Both the position numbers and the translations under genes were made by a program. A stretch of 64,000 nucleotides of DNA from Cenococcum geophilum (Eukaryota). The stretch spans positions 11,718,001-11,782,000 of the forward strand of contig CP158636.1 of NCBI GenBank assembly GCA_050273025.1, written 5' to 3'. Below, piece by piece: positions 14,127 to 25,525 of this stretch. The notes under the pieces were generated by a model, which was given only the letters and a program-made list of their open reading frames with translations, ran no database searches and was not told where the DNA came from. Positions within the stretch are counted from its first letter, which is position 1; the number at the start of each line of letters is the position of its first letter.

Positions 14127-14310
14127 TGTCGGAATATATGGACAGAGGTTACGTGGTTGCAATGTCTCTGATTAGTTATCCTTATGGTGACTCATTAGCC
14201 CCCTACTTAGGCACCGCGATCCTTATAATCCTCTGCTTTCTCTACCTATTAAACAACGAACAAATCCATCGATTAATAGGCCAATCAAGTGCACTTGGGT
14301 GATACCGACA
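14127..14310. mobile_element. Solo LTR (184 bp) of an unrelated family
   Basis: TGTCGG...CCGACA termini; 5-bp TSD CTAGT at 14122-14126 and 14311-14315; much less RIP than flanks. Confidence 0.88.
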
Positions 14311-17300
14311 CTAGTAGCTGTACTAAAAGTGGTATAGGCAAAGACATAACGATAAGTAGGAAGATTTTTATATATAGTTGGATGAATAAGTTATCTAAGA
14401 CTACCATATTATAGAGAAGGCAATAAGTTATATTAAAGGAGCCTTAATTATAATATTAAAGGATTTAAAGAAACAATTAGAGGACTAAAGAACTAAAAGG
14501 TAAGTCTTAGTACCTGTAAATAAAGTTATAACGTTTAGATTAATACAGCAAAGGTTTAAACTTAAGGATAAAGATAAGTTAAGAGTTAACCTAAAGCACC
14601 TAGCGCACTATATATTAGCATAGATTGTATATATAAATAATATATACAAAATGTATAAAAATCCGAAAGAAAAGAATCGGAAGTACTTAGTAAGGATATA
14701 TTAGGCGCTAGATAAGTAATAGTATAGAAATGCTAAGTATATATATAGATGGCATCTAACAGAAGTTTAGGAGTTAGGAGACTTAATACTTTAACTAAAA
14801 AGATTCCTTACGGAAGAATACTTAGACGGATAATAGTGGTAGGAATACCTAAAGAATATATATCTATAGTATATAGAGGATAAAAAGCAAACTAGGTATT
14901 AGTTAAAGAGTGAGCCAAGTATAATAAAATTAAGTAGCTAATAGTTAGGAAAAGTAGAGGCCTATAGGACTAGAGGGAGCTAGTAATAAAACCTTAAACC
15001 CTTAAAGGAATTTAAGAACAATACCTAAATTTATAAGTTAATTAGCAAGATTAACAGTTTAAAGTACTAATAGATAGTAAAGTAATATAAAACCACATCT
15101 TACTAATAATAGTTAAAAGAATAGGATTACCTTATAGATAGAAGGAATAACCTTACCTATTAGTTATAATTTTAGGAGATCTAATAACCTATAGAGGAGG
15201 GATTATTAATCTTAAAATAGGACCTATTTAAATAACTATTAAAGGAAGATAAATTAAGATATTTTTTAATATCCTACCATCAGTATTAGAAATGCCTTAG
15301 TTACAGAAATATAATTTAAAAATTAATTAAATTATAGGTTAGGTTAATATTAAAAATACTTAACGCTGTAAGATGCGATAATAAACTAAGTTAGTATAGT
15401 ACTAAGTTAGAGCAATATATAAAGAGACTAAGTAAGGCTTAAGCTACGTACTAAAGAAATACTATAAGTATAGTAAGAAACTATAAAGTCTAGAAAGTAA
15501 AAAGCTAGTAGACTATATAGTATAGAATTATAAGATAAAGTTAGAACTAGGAATAAGTCTAAGGTTCTTTCTAACCTATAAGCTTACTTAAGAAGAGTTT
15601 AAAGCACTTAAAGAGTTTATTTAAGAGAACTTATAAAAGGGATATATTAGACTATCGCAGTTATTAGTAGGATATTTAGTATTGTTTATACTAAAAAAAA
15701 AATAGAAAACTTAGGCTATATATTAACTATAGATAGTTAAATAGCATTACTTGGAAGGATAGGTATCCTTTACCCTTAATTAATAAAATCTAAGATAGGA
15801 TAAGTAACGCGTAAATCTTTATAAAGATAGATTTAAGATAGGCGTACTATTAGATTAGAATTAAGGAAGGTAATAAATAGAAGGCAGCCTTTAGGTTAAA
15901 GGAAGGACTATACAAACTATTAATAATATAGTTTGGGTTAATAAATGCACTAGTAACGTTTTAGAAACGAATTAATAGTATATTAGGAGAACACCTCAAT
16001 AAATTTATTATAGTATACCTTAATAATAATAATATCTACTTAATAACTAAGGAAAAATACGGGGAATATATTAAATGGGTTTTAAAGATACTATAAAAAG
16101 AACAGATGCTAGTAGCAATTAAGAAATGCGAGTTCTTTATAAGGAAGACTAATTTTATTAGATTTATTATTAAACTAAGTCATATTAGTATAGACCTAAA
16201 GAAGATTAAAGCTATAGTAAGTTAGTAAGAACTAGAGAATATAACACAGTTAAAGTTATTTTTAGGGGTTTACAACCACTATAGAAGGTTTGTAGCATAA
16301 TAGTTAAGAAATATTAAACTGTTTACTAGGCTTATAAAGAAAAAGGAACTATAGGTATAGGGAGATAAGCAAACAAAGTTATTTAAGGAACTTAAGAAGT
16401 TATTTACCTAGGAACTAATCCTTAAAATCTATTAACTAGGACTAGATACGGTTATAGAAATAAATATATTAGACTATATACTAAAAGCATACCTACTATA
16501 GAAGTATTAGGATGTATAGCATCTAGTAGCATACTATAGTTGGAAAATAATACCACTAGAGTTAAACTATAACATCTATAATAAGAAGTTATTAGGTATA
16601 GTTATAGCACTTAAGAAATAGAGAGCATTCTTATAAGGCGCAGAAAAACTATTTATAGTTAAAATGGATTATAAGAACCTAATAGGGTTCCTAATAACAA
16701 AAGAACTTAATTATAGATAGGTTAGATAGGCAGAAATACTTATAGAATACCATTTTAAAATTTAGTATATTAAGGGCACTAAGAATATAAGGGCAGACGC
16801 ACTAAGCAGAAAAGCTAAATTATAAAATAAAAAAAAGCTATTAGGAGCAATGCTATGCAGAGATAAAGACGGACTAATTAGATATAATTACCCTAAGCTA
16901 GTAGTAACTTAAGAGGATAATAAACTAAAAAGAGTCTATAAGATACTAGAAAGCTTTTAGGTATAAAGGATTCTAAAAGTATAACTAGAAGATCTATAGA
17001 TAAATATATATAAAAATTAAGAAGCGAAGTATATCCTAAAAAGTATAGTAAAGTATTTTATAAAAGATTTTTATAAGGGAATAATTTAAGGACATAGTAG
17101 AGTAATAGGCTTAGTATTAAGACTTTAAGAAGAATATATTATTAACGGAATCTAGGGCATAGCTAGGAAAGTAATAAGAAAGTGTTTAAATTACTAAAGA
17201 AATAAACTAATAAGGTATAAGCTATATGGAGGGCTATAACCTATTAAAATACTAGAGAGACTATAGGAGGTTATATTATAGGACTTTATTATTAAGTTAC

Positions 17301-18344
17301 TAAAGTTAAGAGATTCTATTACTAGATAAGAGTATAACGCGATCTTAGTAATAGTGGATAAGTTAACTAAGTAGGGCTACTTTATAGCATGTATAGAAGA
17401 AATCTTAGTAGAGGATATTGCTAAAATCTATATTAAAGAAGTGTTTATAAGATATAGAGCACTAAGTAAGATTATATTAGATAGAGATCTAAGGTTTATA
17501 GCAGTATTTTAGGAGGTATTCTTAGTAGAATAAGGAATTTAAATAGTAACTTCTACCGCATATTATCCGCAGATAGATAGTTAAATAGAAAGATTAAATT
17601 AGACGCTAGAATAGTATCTAAGATATTATATTAATTACGCATAGAATAATTAGGTATTGCTATTACTAGTTATATAGTTTATATATAATGTAACACCATA
17701 GAAAGAAATAGGTATATTACTATTTAAGGTAAACTATAGATATAAGCTAAGAATATCGTTATTACTATAATAAGTAAAGAAGATAAGTAGTACAGCTAAA
17801 AAAAAAGATACTAATAAATCTTTATATAGACCTTATAGAATTAGCAAAAAAGGTATAAGAAAGAATAAAAAGGTACTATAATGCTAAGAGATCTAAGGGA
17901 CTAGATCTTAAGGAGGGAGATAAAGTATAGCTACTATATAAAAATTTTAAGAGTCGATAACTAAGTAAGAAGTTAGACTACGTTAGACTAGGACCTTTTA
18001 AAATTATATAGAGAATTTTACTGGTTATGTTTAAGTTAGACCTACTAGCTAAAATAAAGATCTACCCTATATAGCATATTGTAATACTAAAGCCAGTATA
18101 TAGGAATATTAAGCTACTAATCTACAAAGTAGACACATAGAGGGTAAGAAGAAGATAAATAGTAAGTTTTAAAGATTATTAGTTATAAGGACATTAATAA
18201 TAAAATATAGTATAAGGTTAAGTGGGTAGGCTACAATAAGACTACTTAAAAACTACTATAAAACCTAAATAACGCTATAAGAAAGGTATAGGAGTATTAG
18301 AAGAGATTAGGTTAGGTAGCATTAATAAAGAAGGATTATTAAAG

Positions 18345-18926
18345 AATAAGTTACCTAAGGGGAACTTAGGAGAAGCAGCTACTAAGCTACTTAAATCTAT
18401 TTCCTTCTTAGTTAAAGAAAAATCCGTTCTTTTATTGCTAAGTTCCTATAAACCTTATTTTATAAGTTTTTACTTCTTAGACTAAACCTTTTTATAACCC
18501 TTTTTAAGATAAAGTAGATAAGTAGACGCCGTAATATAGGCCTTTAAGGCCTTTTGTTCTATATTATAAAAACATTTTAGTTTAGTAAGGGCTTAAGACA
18601 GTTTACTATCTAGCTATGTAGTAGTAAATTAAATATAGGACCCTAAAATAAATTAACTAGAAAACTAAACGACTATTAAGAGTAATAGGACGTGTATATT
18701 TAGTATTAGAGATAGAGTAAACATTATAGGACGAATAAATATTTGCTTTAGTGTACTCTAAATAAAAGGACGGTTATCGCGAAGATAGGCTCGCCAACGT
18801 AATATAAACTAACCCCTTTTTTAAGCAACGAGAATATAGAGATAGTATAATCTTACTAAGAGATAATATCGCAGCAATAGTACGGGCATAACGTTGCGCT
18901 TATAAAGAAGAAGAGACTTTAGGTAT
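18345..18926 (-). pseudogene. Second copy of the antisense Zn2Cys6-like/coiled-coil ORF
   Basis: De-RIP PCSRCSKKGLVCIALASPSSRQPSFCSECTKANIRSSCDV; same position between chromodomain and PPT. Confidence 0.6.
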
Positions 18927-19781
18927 AATAAGTAACAATATTAACTAAATTAATTAGACGGATATTATACCTTTAGTAAACAACTTAGAGATATTAAGAG
19001 TCTTTAAGGACAAAGATAAAGAGGAGGGAGATAGTGTTACGGATGCTTTAAATATAATATTATAACTACTAAAAGAGGAGTCGGAAGAAGCTAGTTAGTT
19101 AATTTAGATATAGTTTAGGATAGAGCCGATAGAGCTATATAATAAGGAATAGTAACTAAGGTTATATAATATTATATGCAGTATATATAGTATATAAAGG
19201 GAACGTATATATAATACGTATAACATATATATTATATATATAGAGGATTTCTTAGGAGTACGGTTATGTATTTAAAGGACCACAGTCCCTACTTAGATAG
19301 TTCTCTTCCTTATAGTAAATCTTAGAATACAATTGGAGTTAATTTATTGGGCAACTACTCTACTAGTTGTGTTTATGTTGTTAACTATTCTATACCTACA
19401 TACCCAGCCCATTAACAAGTCTACCGTAGTATTTCCTACAAGGCTTCGTTACACTAGCTAGTAACTATTATTCTTTTACTTAGTAAAAGTTTAAACGCTT
19501 TAAAACGAATTCTGGTGAAGCCAACATAATGTGGCTAATAGATCTGTCAATAAAACTTTATTCAGGCTCTTTAAGAGGAGCTTATATACTTTGTCTTAGT
19601 TCGTTCTTTAGCGGAACGATTTGTTACCGCCTACACCAGATTCGAGGGATCAAGCAATCGTGACAATGCCCTACTAGTCCGACTCCGAAAATTCTAGGGA
19701 ATCTAATACAAAATCAAGAATGAACAGAACATAATAGTACATAACCCTAAGAAAGTAGCGGAGCCATAATCATACCATCTT

Positions 19782-21449
19782 TTAGCTCGGCAACGCTGGG
19801 AGGGGAACATTCATCCATTTCTTCTCGCCTTCTTTTGGGTTGTCGTTTAATACAAGAAGCGTTCTACTACCGCAGAAGCGGCCAGGGCTAACTACCCGCT
19901 TGACGTCATGATAAGATCCTTTCAGGTCGCTGCCTGATTCGCCAGGTTTAGGCTTTTCCCCAGTATCGTCATATTTCCAAACCTTCTCTACCACCGTGTC
20001 TCCGGGCTGCTCTAGCCTCCGCACGTTGTGCGAAGGCAAGCCAACCGCGTGGTTGAGGAGGTTATGAATGAATGAATACAGACGTTCTATTCGACGGGTG
20101 TAGGGGAGCCAGCTGAGAGTGCGTGAATCATAAGCTACTCGAATGTAAGGATTTGTGAAGATGCCCGAGTCTGTTGTGATATTACGGCCATAGCGGAGAT
20201 AAGTAAGATCCGCGTGAATAAGGCAGCACTCAGACGCATCCCAAAAAGGATCCTCCTCATAACGGAAACGGAGAGGCGAGATCTTTGAGGCGGCAAAGTT
20301 AGTGTCGTCAGCGACAGTAAGCGAGTTATCCCGATAACTGCTTTGGAACCACTTTGCCTCAAAGGCAGTCATGCCTCCCCAACAAGCGCGCACGCGAACC
20401 GCGTCCTTTTGTTCCAAGACGTCTCGCCTACTTACTGCATTCCCGGCATCTGTAAACCACGGGAAAAACGGTATCCCCATAGCATACCCTTCGAGGTCCC
20501 TTGTCGCAAATCTATCATAGAATTTAAAAGCGTTGATAAAATCCACTGCGCAGACAGCACCATATTGTGTATGGCCGGATGAGTCGATATTCGTGGAAAA
20601 TAGGAGGTGTGCGGCGTCGACTGGATTGAACATAACATCATTAATAAAGAGAAGTTTATCAAAACGCACTGAAAGATTGGCTTCGAGAGGACGCAAGGCA
20701 CGGTTTCTAACTTCTGCTAGGAACGCGATACGTTTCATTCGCCTTTCCCCAGATGGAACAGTCACCCGGGGAATCTCTTCGAGGGGAAGATGCTCTGATA
20801 TGAGGGAGGAATTGCCTGGATAATATTCTGAGCGGAAAACTACCACAAGGGAGTGTGAGGAAGACTTACAGGTGAGCCTCTTTTCCAAGGTTTCGAGCGA
20901 TGCTTTTGCAAGGGGATCCGCATCATTCTCATAAACACTAAGATAAACGTTTTCTGGGCCTAGCAACTCCACCAGCTTCAGGACAGCACTTCCCCAATCC
21001 CCTCCTACTAAAAGACCTTTGGGATCGTACAAAGTGGCAGCAATGAAGACTTTCTCATTGTTAATGTTCCCTCGGCCTGGCTCATGGGATTCCCGACATC
21101 TCCTTTGTAGCGCTCCGTAGTGGTCTGGTAGATGAGTATACGAGGGCCGAAAGGCCGCCGTAAACACAACTAGTAGGATAATAACGCATAGAATGGCGGC
21201 AATCATCCAGCATATGCCGCGCACGAGAGGTCGACGCGGGCCCCGAGGCCCAGAGAGTTTGGTGTACAGCGCACGAGCTGGTCGTAGAGGCAGCCGGATA
21301 CACAACCAAGCAGGTAGTCGCAAATGGTGTATATTGGTGGTAGTCGACCCATGATGCTCAAGGTCTGAGTTGGATGAAGAGCGTATCGAGTCCGAAGATA
21401 CCCTTGGGAGGAGCTCATACTCTTCAGAGCGACGAAATCTGGGTGCCAT
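19782..21449 (-). CDS. Glycosyltransferase family 69 (CAP59/cryptococcal mannosyltransferase 1-like) type II membrane protein, ~537 aa after removing intron 20816-20869
   Basis: Only long non-RIP ORF. N-terminal TM helix; motifs LGPENVYLSVYEND, RIAFLAEVRNRALRPL, LLFINDV, CAVDF..FYDRFATRD, VRACWGG, SECCLIHADL, NPYIRVAY. First ATG at 21449 (track start 21467 is non-ATG). GTAAGT..CCAG 54-bp intron. Confidence 0.9.
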   Translation of the reverse strand: MAPRFRRSEEYELLPRVSSDSIRSSSNSDLEHHGSTTTNIHHLRLPAWLCIRLPLRPARALYTKLSGPRGPRRPLVRGICWMIAAILCVIILLVVFTAAFRPSYTHLPDHYGALQRRCRESHEPGRGNINNEKVFIAATLYDPKGLLVGGDWGSAVLKLVELLGPENVYLSVYENDADPLAKASLETLEKRLTCKSSSHSLVVVFRSEYYPGNSSLISEHLPLEEIPRVTVPSGERRMKRIAFLAEVRNRALRPLEANLSVRFDKLLFINDVMFNPVDAAHLLFSTNIDSSGHTQYGAVCAVDFINAFKFYDRFATRDLEGYAMGIPFFPWFTDAGNAVSRRDVLEQKDAVRVRACWGGMTAFEAKWFQSSYRDNSLTVADDTNFAASKISPLRFRYEEDPFWDASECCLIHADLTYLRYGRNITTDSGIFTNPYIRVAYDSRTLSWLPYTRRIERLYSFIHNLLNHAVGLPSHNVRRLEQPGDTVVEKVWKYDDTGEKPKPGESGSDLKGSYHDVKRVVSPGRFCGSRTLLVLNDNPKEGEKKWMNVPLPALPS

Positions 21450-21741
21450 CGCCCAGGCTGTGATCAATGTGGATAAGATCTAATCTTTTAGCACCCATGC
21501 CCACCATAGGTGATCGAGTGTATTTTAACTTTCTTCCTCAGGAAACAGTGGTGTTGGACTGAAGGTAAAAGTTTGTCTCGCAATAGCAGCACCGCGATTG
21601 CAGAAGCCAGAATTCGAGAGTAGGTGCGGCACAGCTGCCGTTGCTAATCCCTCATAAGGATAAACAATAGACCGGCGCCTCGACCGCGGTCTTCGCTGCG
21701 CCACAAAGCCTCGTCAGCGCTTAAAGTGGGGAACGGGGTAT

Positions 21742-21870
21742 CCCTTCGACCGCTGGCGTCCAACGCCAAGGCCGCACGGACAGCTATACCGTGATGGCAG
21801 CTACACAGAAGTACATATAATTGGCTAGATCCTTATTGATAACGTTGGACGCAACTCAGCGGTCGAAGGG
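21742..21870. mobile_element. 129-bp MITE of the CCCTT-terminal family upstream of the GT69 gene
   Basis: TIR CCCTTCGACCGCTG / CAGCGGTCGAAGGG plus inner GCGTCCAACG / CGTTGGACGC; flanks TAT|...|ATA. Confidence 0.8.
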
Positions 21871-22174
21871 ATATTATCTCATAAATCCAACGCCATGCAA
21901 CTCCAGGACCATCAGAACCGTGAACTAGTTTCAACCCTCTGCGCACCCCTATTATTAATAAATCTTTTATAAAGTATTTAAAAGCTTACAGGCACTGCTT
22001 TAATATTTTAAATTAGATATTTTAGTTTTAATTGGCCTTATAAAGGCTTTACTAATAATAATAATAATTTTATTTAATATTATATATATATAAATACTAA
22101 CTATAATTAAATTAAAGGTATAAAGTATACTATATAAAACCCTAAATATATTTCTTTATTACTTATCGGCCGTT

Positions 22175-22459
22175 TATAAAAGGCTAGTTTAACTAGAACG
22201 TATAATTATCTAATTAATAGTATTAATTAAAAGTTATAGATAAGTTAAAGGTAAGACGAAGATAGAACGGGCTTTATATATATAAACGATAATTACTTTC
22301 TAATCTCTTCTATTTAGAGACTAATGGCTAATTCTTCTCTAGAGGATAACTTAAAGAAAAGCTAGCTTTCTTTATAATCCATTTAAAATACTAGTAAAAC
22401 CTATCGCCTTTTGTTTATCTAATTAAGTCTTATCTAATATATTATAAAGGGACTTTATA
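22175..22459. repeat. LTR related to the solo LTR at 28552-28871, followed by probable internal sequence interrupted at 22504
   Basis: Shared blocks AACTAGAACGTATAATTATCTAATTA and CTCTTCTATTTAGAGACTAAT. Confidence 0.7.
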
Positions 22460-23011
22460 GATAGGCGGCTATAAGGCACGACTATAGGAATAGGATAGAT
22501 TATCCCTTAACCCGTTAACTTATGTCTAACGGTTATCGGTAAGAACTAGCCAATTAATCGTGCTGAATTTAACGCCTGCATCAGGAATTTTTTTTTGGGG
22601 CTCGTTGTTGGTTTGCGGCAGGTGGATATAGTCGATAGCAATTTGCGCAAAACGCACGTTTTGCAACAAAATCGCAGCACCTGATAGCAATTTGCGGCAA
22701 AATGCTACCCCTATAAATAAATTGCAGTAAAACGCTACCCTATAAATAAATAGCGCGCAAACTGTACAAATTGTAAAAACTGTACGAATTGTAAAAACTA
22801 TACGAATTGTAAAAACTGTATGAATTGTAAGAACTGTATAAATTATAACTACTAAAATAATAATTATATTATATAATAACCAAATTATCACATATTCCCA
22901 TAGATTTCTATAATATACTTTTAAATATATTTATATTATAACTATATAAAATATAGAGCTATCTACTTTGGGCGTCAAGGGGGAAGCCTCTCGCAGAGGC
23001 TCTAAATCATC

Positions 23012-23093
23012 TACCTACCTGCCTGCCTGCCTGCCTGCCTACCTGCCTACCTGCCTACCTGCCTACCTGCCTACCTACCTGCCTGCCTACCTA

Positions 23094-23148
<55 letters not shown>

Positions 23149-23270
23149 ACTTGCCTACCTACCTGTCTGTCCGTCCGTCTATACCTACCCGTCTATGCCT
23201 ACCTGTCTCTGCCTACCTGTCTGTGCCTACCTGTCTGTGCCTACCTGTCTATGCCTACCTGTCTATGCCA
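23012..23270. repeat. (CCTG/CCTA)n microsatellite grading into a 16-bp repeat
   Basis: Visible tandem tetramers with a pure CCTG core ~23097-23147. Confidence 0.95.
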
Positions 23271-23344
23271 CCTTGATTCGATCGATCGATCGAATCGTTT
23301 ATCGTGTTCGCTGGCTGGTCGTTCGAACGGTTGTCGTGTGGCTC

Positions 23345-23456
23345 TGGCGACGGTCGTCTAGCTCTGACGACGGTCGTCTGGCTCTGACGGTCGTCTAGCT
23401 CTGGCGACGGTCATCTGGCTCCGGCGATGGTCGTCTGGCTCCGGCGACGGTCGTCT
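23345..23456. repeat. ~20-bp tandem repeat GGCGACGGTCGTCTGGCTC(C/T)
   Basis: About six visible units. Confidence 0.85.
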
Positions 23457-23619
23457 GCTGGCTGTCGTTCTGGTGTCTTCCTAGGTAGGATGTAAGGAAG
23501 GGTAAAAAATGAGGTGGCTACCTAGGTGTATATAGGGGGTATACTTGGCAGAGGCACGTGTAGAGGCTATCGGGAATATAGCGGGGACCCGATAGTAATG
23601 TGTCGCGCGCACACATAAA

Positions 23620-24597
23620 GGCTTTGTGTAGAGCTTCGTGTAGAGCCTCCGTACGTAGAGCTTCGCGCAGAGCCTCGTGTAGAGCTTCGCGTAGAGCCTC
23701 GTGCAGAGCCTCTATATGTAGAGCTTCGTGTAGAGCTTCGTAGAGCTTTGTGCAGAGCTTCGTGTAGAGCTTTATATAGAGCTTTGTGCAGAGCTTCGTG
23801 TAGAGCTTCGTGCAGAGCCTCGTGCAGAGCCTCTGTACGCAGAGCTTCGTGTAGAGCCTCGTGTGGAGCCTCGTGCAAAGCTTCGTGTAGAGCCTCGTGC
23901 AGAGCCTCTGTACGCAGAGCTTTGTGTAGAGCCTCGTGTAGAGCCTCGTGCAAAGCTTCGTGTAGAGCTTCGCGCAGAGCATTGTATAGAGCTTCGTGCA
24001 CGAATTCGTGCAGAGCTTCGTGTAGAGCCTCGTGCAAAGCTTCGTGTAGAGCTTCGCGCAGAGCTTTGTATAGAGCTTCGTGTAGAGCTTCGTGTAGAGC
24101 TTCGTGTAGAGCTTCGTGTAGAGCTTCGTGTAGAGCTTCGTGTAGAGCTTCGTGTAGAGCTTCGTGTAGAGCTTCGTGTAGAGCTTCGTGTAGAGCTTCG
24201 TGTAGAGCTTCGTGTAGAGCTTCGTGTAGAGCTTCGTGTAGAGCTTCGTGTAGAGCTTCGTGTAGAGCTTCGTGTAGAGCTTCGTGTAGAGCTTCGTGTA
24301 GAGCTTCGTGTAGAGCTTCGTGTAGAGCTTCGTGTAGAGCTTCGTGTAGAGCTTCGTGTAGAGCTTCGTGTAGAGCTTCGTGTAGAGCTTCGTGTAGAGC
24401 TTCGTGTAGAGCTTCGTGTAGAGCTTCGTGTAGAGCTTCGTGTAGAGCTTCGTGTAGAGCTTCGTGTAGAGCTTCGTGTAGAGCTTCGTGTAGAGCTTCG
24501 TGTAGAGCTTCGTGTAGAGCTTCGTGTAGAGCTTCGTGTAGAGCTTCGTGTAGAGCTTCGTGCAGAGCTTTGTGTAGAGCCTCGTGCAGAGCCTCTG
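23620..24597. repeat. 12-bp minisatellite (GAGCTTCGTGTA)n; 40 perfect units at 24073-24552
   Basis: Direct inspection; explains the repetitive ORFs in the ORF track. Confidence 0.97.
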
Positions 24598-24865
24598 CAT
24601 CAGGAATTTTTTTTTAGGCACGTTGTTGCAAGCGAAAATCGGGGTCTGCAAAACCTGCAGGCGTAAGTCGCAATTTTAGCATTTGCGGCAATTTGCAGCA
24701 ATTTGCTATAAACACATAGATAGGGCAGGCGCGTGCATAGGTAGCCTATGTGTTTGTAGCAAATTGCTGCAAATCGCCGCAAATCGCCAAAATTGCGACT
24801 TACGCAGGTTTTGCAGACCCCGATTTTCGTTTGCAACAACGCGCCCAAAAAAAAATTTCCTGATG
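24598..24865. mobile_element. 268-bp near-palindromic foldback MITE forming the right end of the composite element
   Basis: 24598-24720 is nearly the reverse complement of ~24745-24865. Confidence 0.85.
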
Positions 24866-25525
24866 TGTACTGGGATGTAGGGCTTTAGTTTTGTGGTAAT
24901 TTAATATACGCGCCTGGTTTTAGGAGTTAAGTCGCTCAATATAAAGTTGCTAGCACTTATCCTTCCTGCAGAACCGTATTTTACATTATGGTAGGTAATT
25001 AATTGACAGAATTTATGTAACTGGTGTTCGCGCACGGACTACTTACTTTTTGGACGCTGACGGGCTAAGGGATAGAGGAGATAAATCCTTAAGAAGGTAA
25101 GGCCTCTAGAATTAGAAAGACTATATACTATAGGCATATGCCTTTAATACGTAACTAATAACTATCTAAGGGATATCTAGGGGTTGTCCTAAGGGTATCC
25201 TAAGGTAACCGCAATAATATCCCTTATATCACCCCTCTCCCTTCTTATAGTATAGGGAGATTATTAAGGGCTCGTCCTAGAAGGGGTTTAGAGAAGTATC
25301 GGCCTACTACAGTATATATTCTTAACTATTTAACCACTACTTTAAACTCCTAAAAAACTTTAGTAAGGAAAAACGTAACTAGGGAAAGGATATAAGGATT
25401 ACTAGGAGCCTATTACGGGATACCCCTATAAGACCTTATATATGCCTACCTATTTCTATTAACTTAGTAATTAAAGACCAGCTACGAGACCGCAATCTAC
25501 TATTCCTATTAAATTCTACTAAGTA

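Larger units (their letters stand above)
5557..19453 (+). mobile_element. Complete Ty3/gypsy family A copy 2 with nested LINE and solo LTR; RIP-inactivated
   Basis: LTRs 5557-5960 and 19035-19453; TSD CTAGC at 5552-5556 and 19454-19458; gag ~6000-6850; protease LIDSG ~15067; RT ~15660-16200; RNase H; integrase; chromodomain ~18160-18280. Confidence 0.95.
22579..24865. mobile_element. Composite non-autonomous DNA element with CATCAGGAA(T)n termini and 2-bp TG TSD
   Basis: Left end CATCAGGAATTTTTTTTTGGGGCTCGTTGTTG at 22579; right end AAAAAAAAATTTCCTGATG at 24865; TG at 22577-22578 and 24866-24867. Confidence 0.7.
22504..25071. mobile_element. Non-autonomous CCCTT-terminal DNA element hosting the CATCAGG composite element
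   Basis: TAT|CCCTTAACCCGTTAA ... TGACGGGCTAAGGG|ATA; the two halves rejoin to match the paralog at 44827-45030. Confidence 0.75.

Noticed and set aside
20135..21418. Short ORFs overlapping the GT69 gene
   Set aside because: Alternative-frame or antisense shadows of a GC-balanced CDS
22968..23398. ORFs with LPAC/CLPV repeats
   Set aside because: Microsatellite translations
23620..24597. CRISPR-like array
   Set aside because: No unique spacers, eukaryotic context, no cas genes
23518..24666. Long ORFs of 156-377 aa (LYTK, RASC, ELRV, EALH repeats)
   Set aside because: They are translations of a 12-bp satellite that lacks stops in several frames; no evidence of a gene
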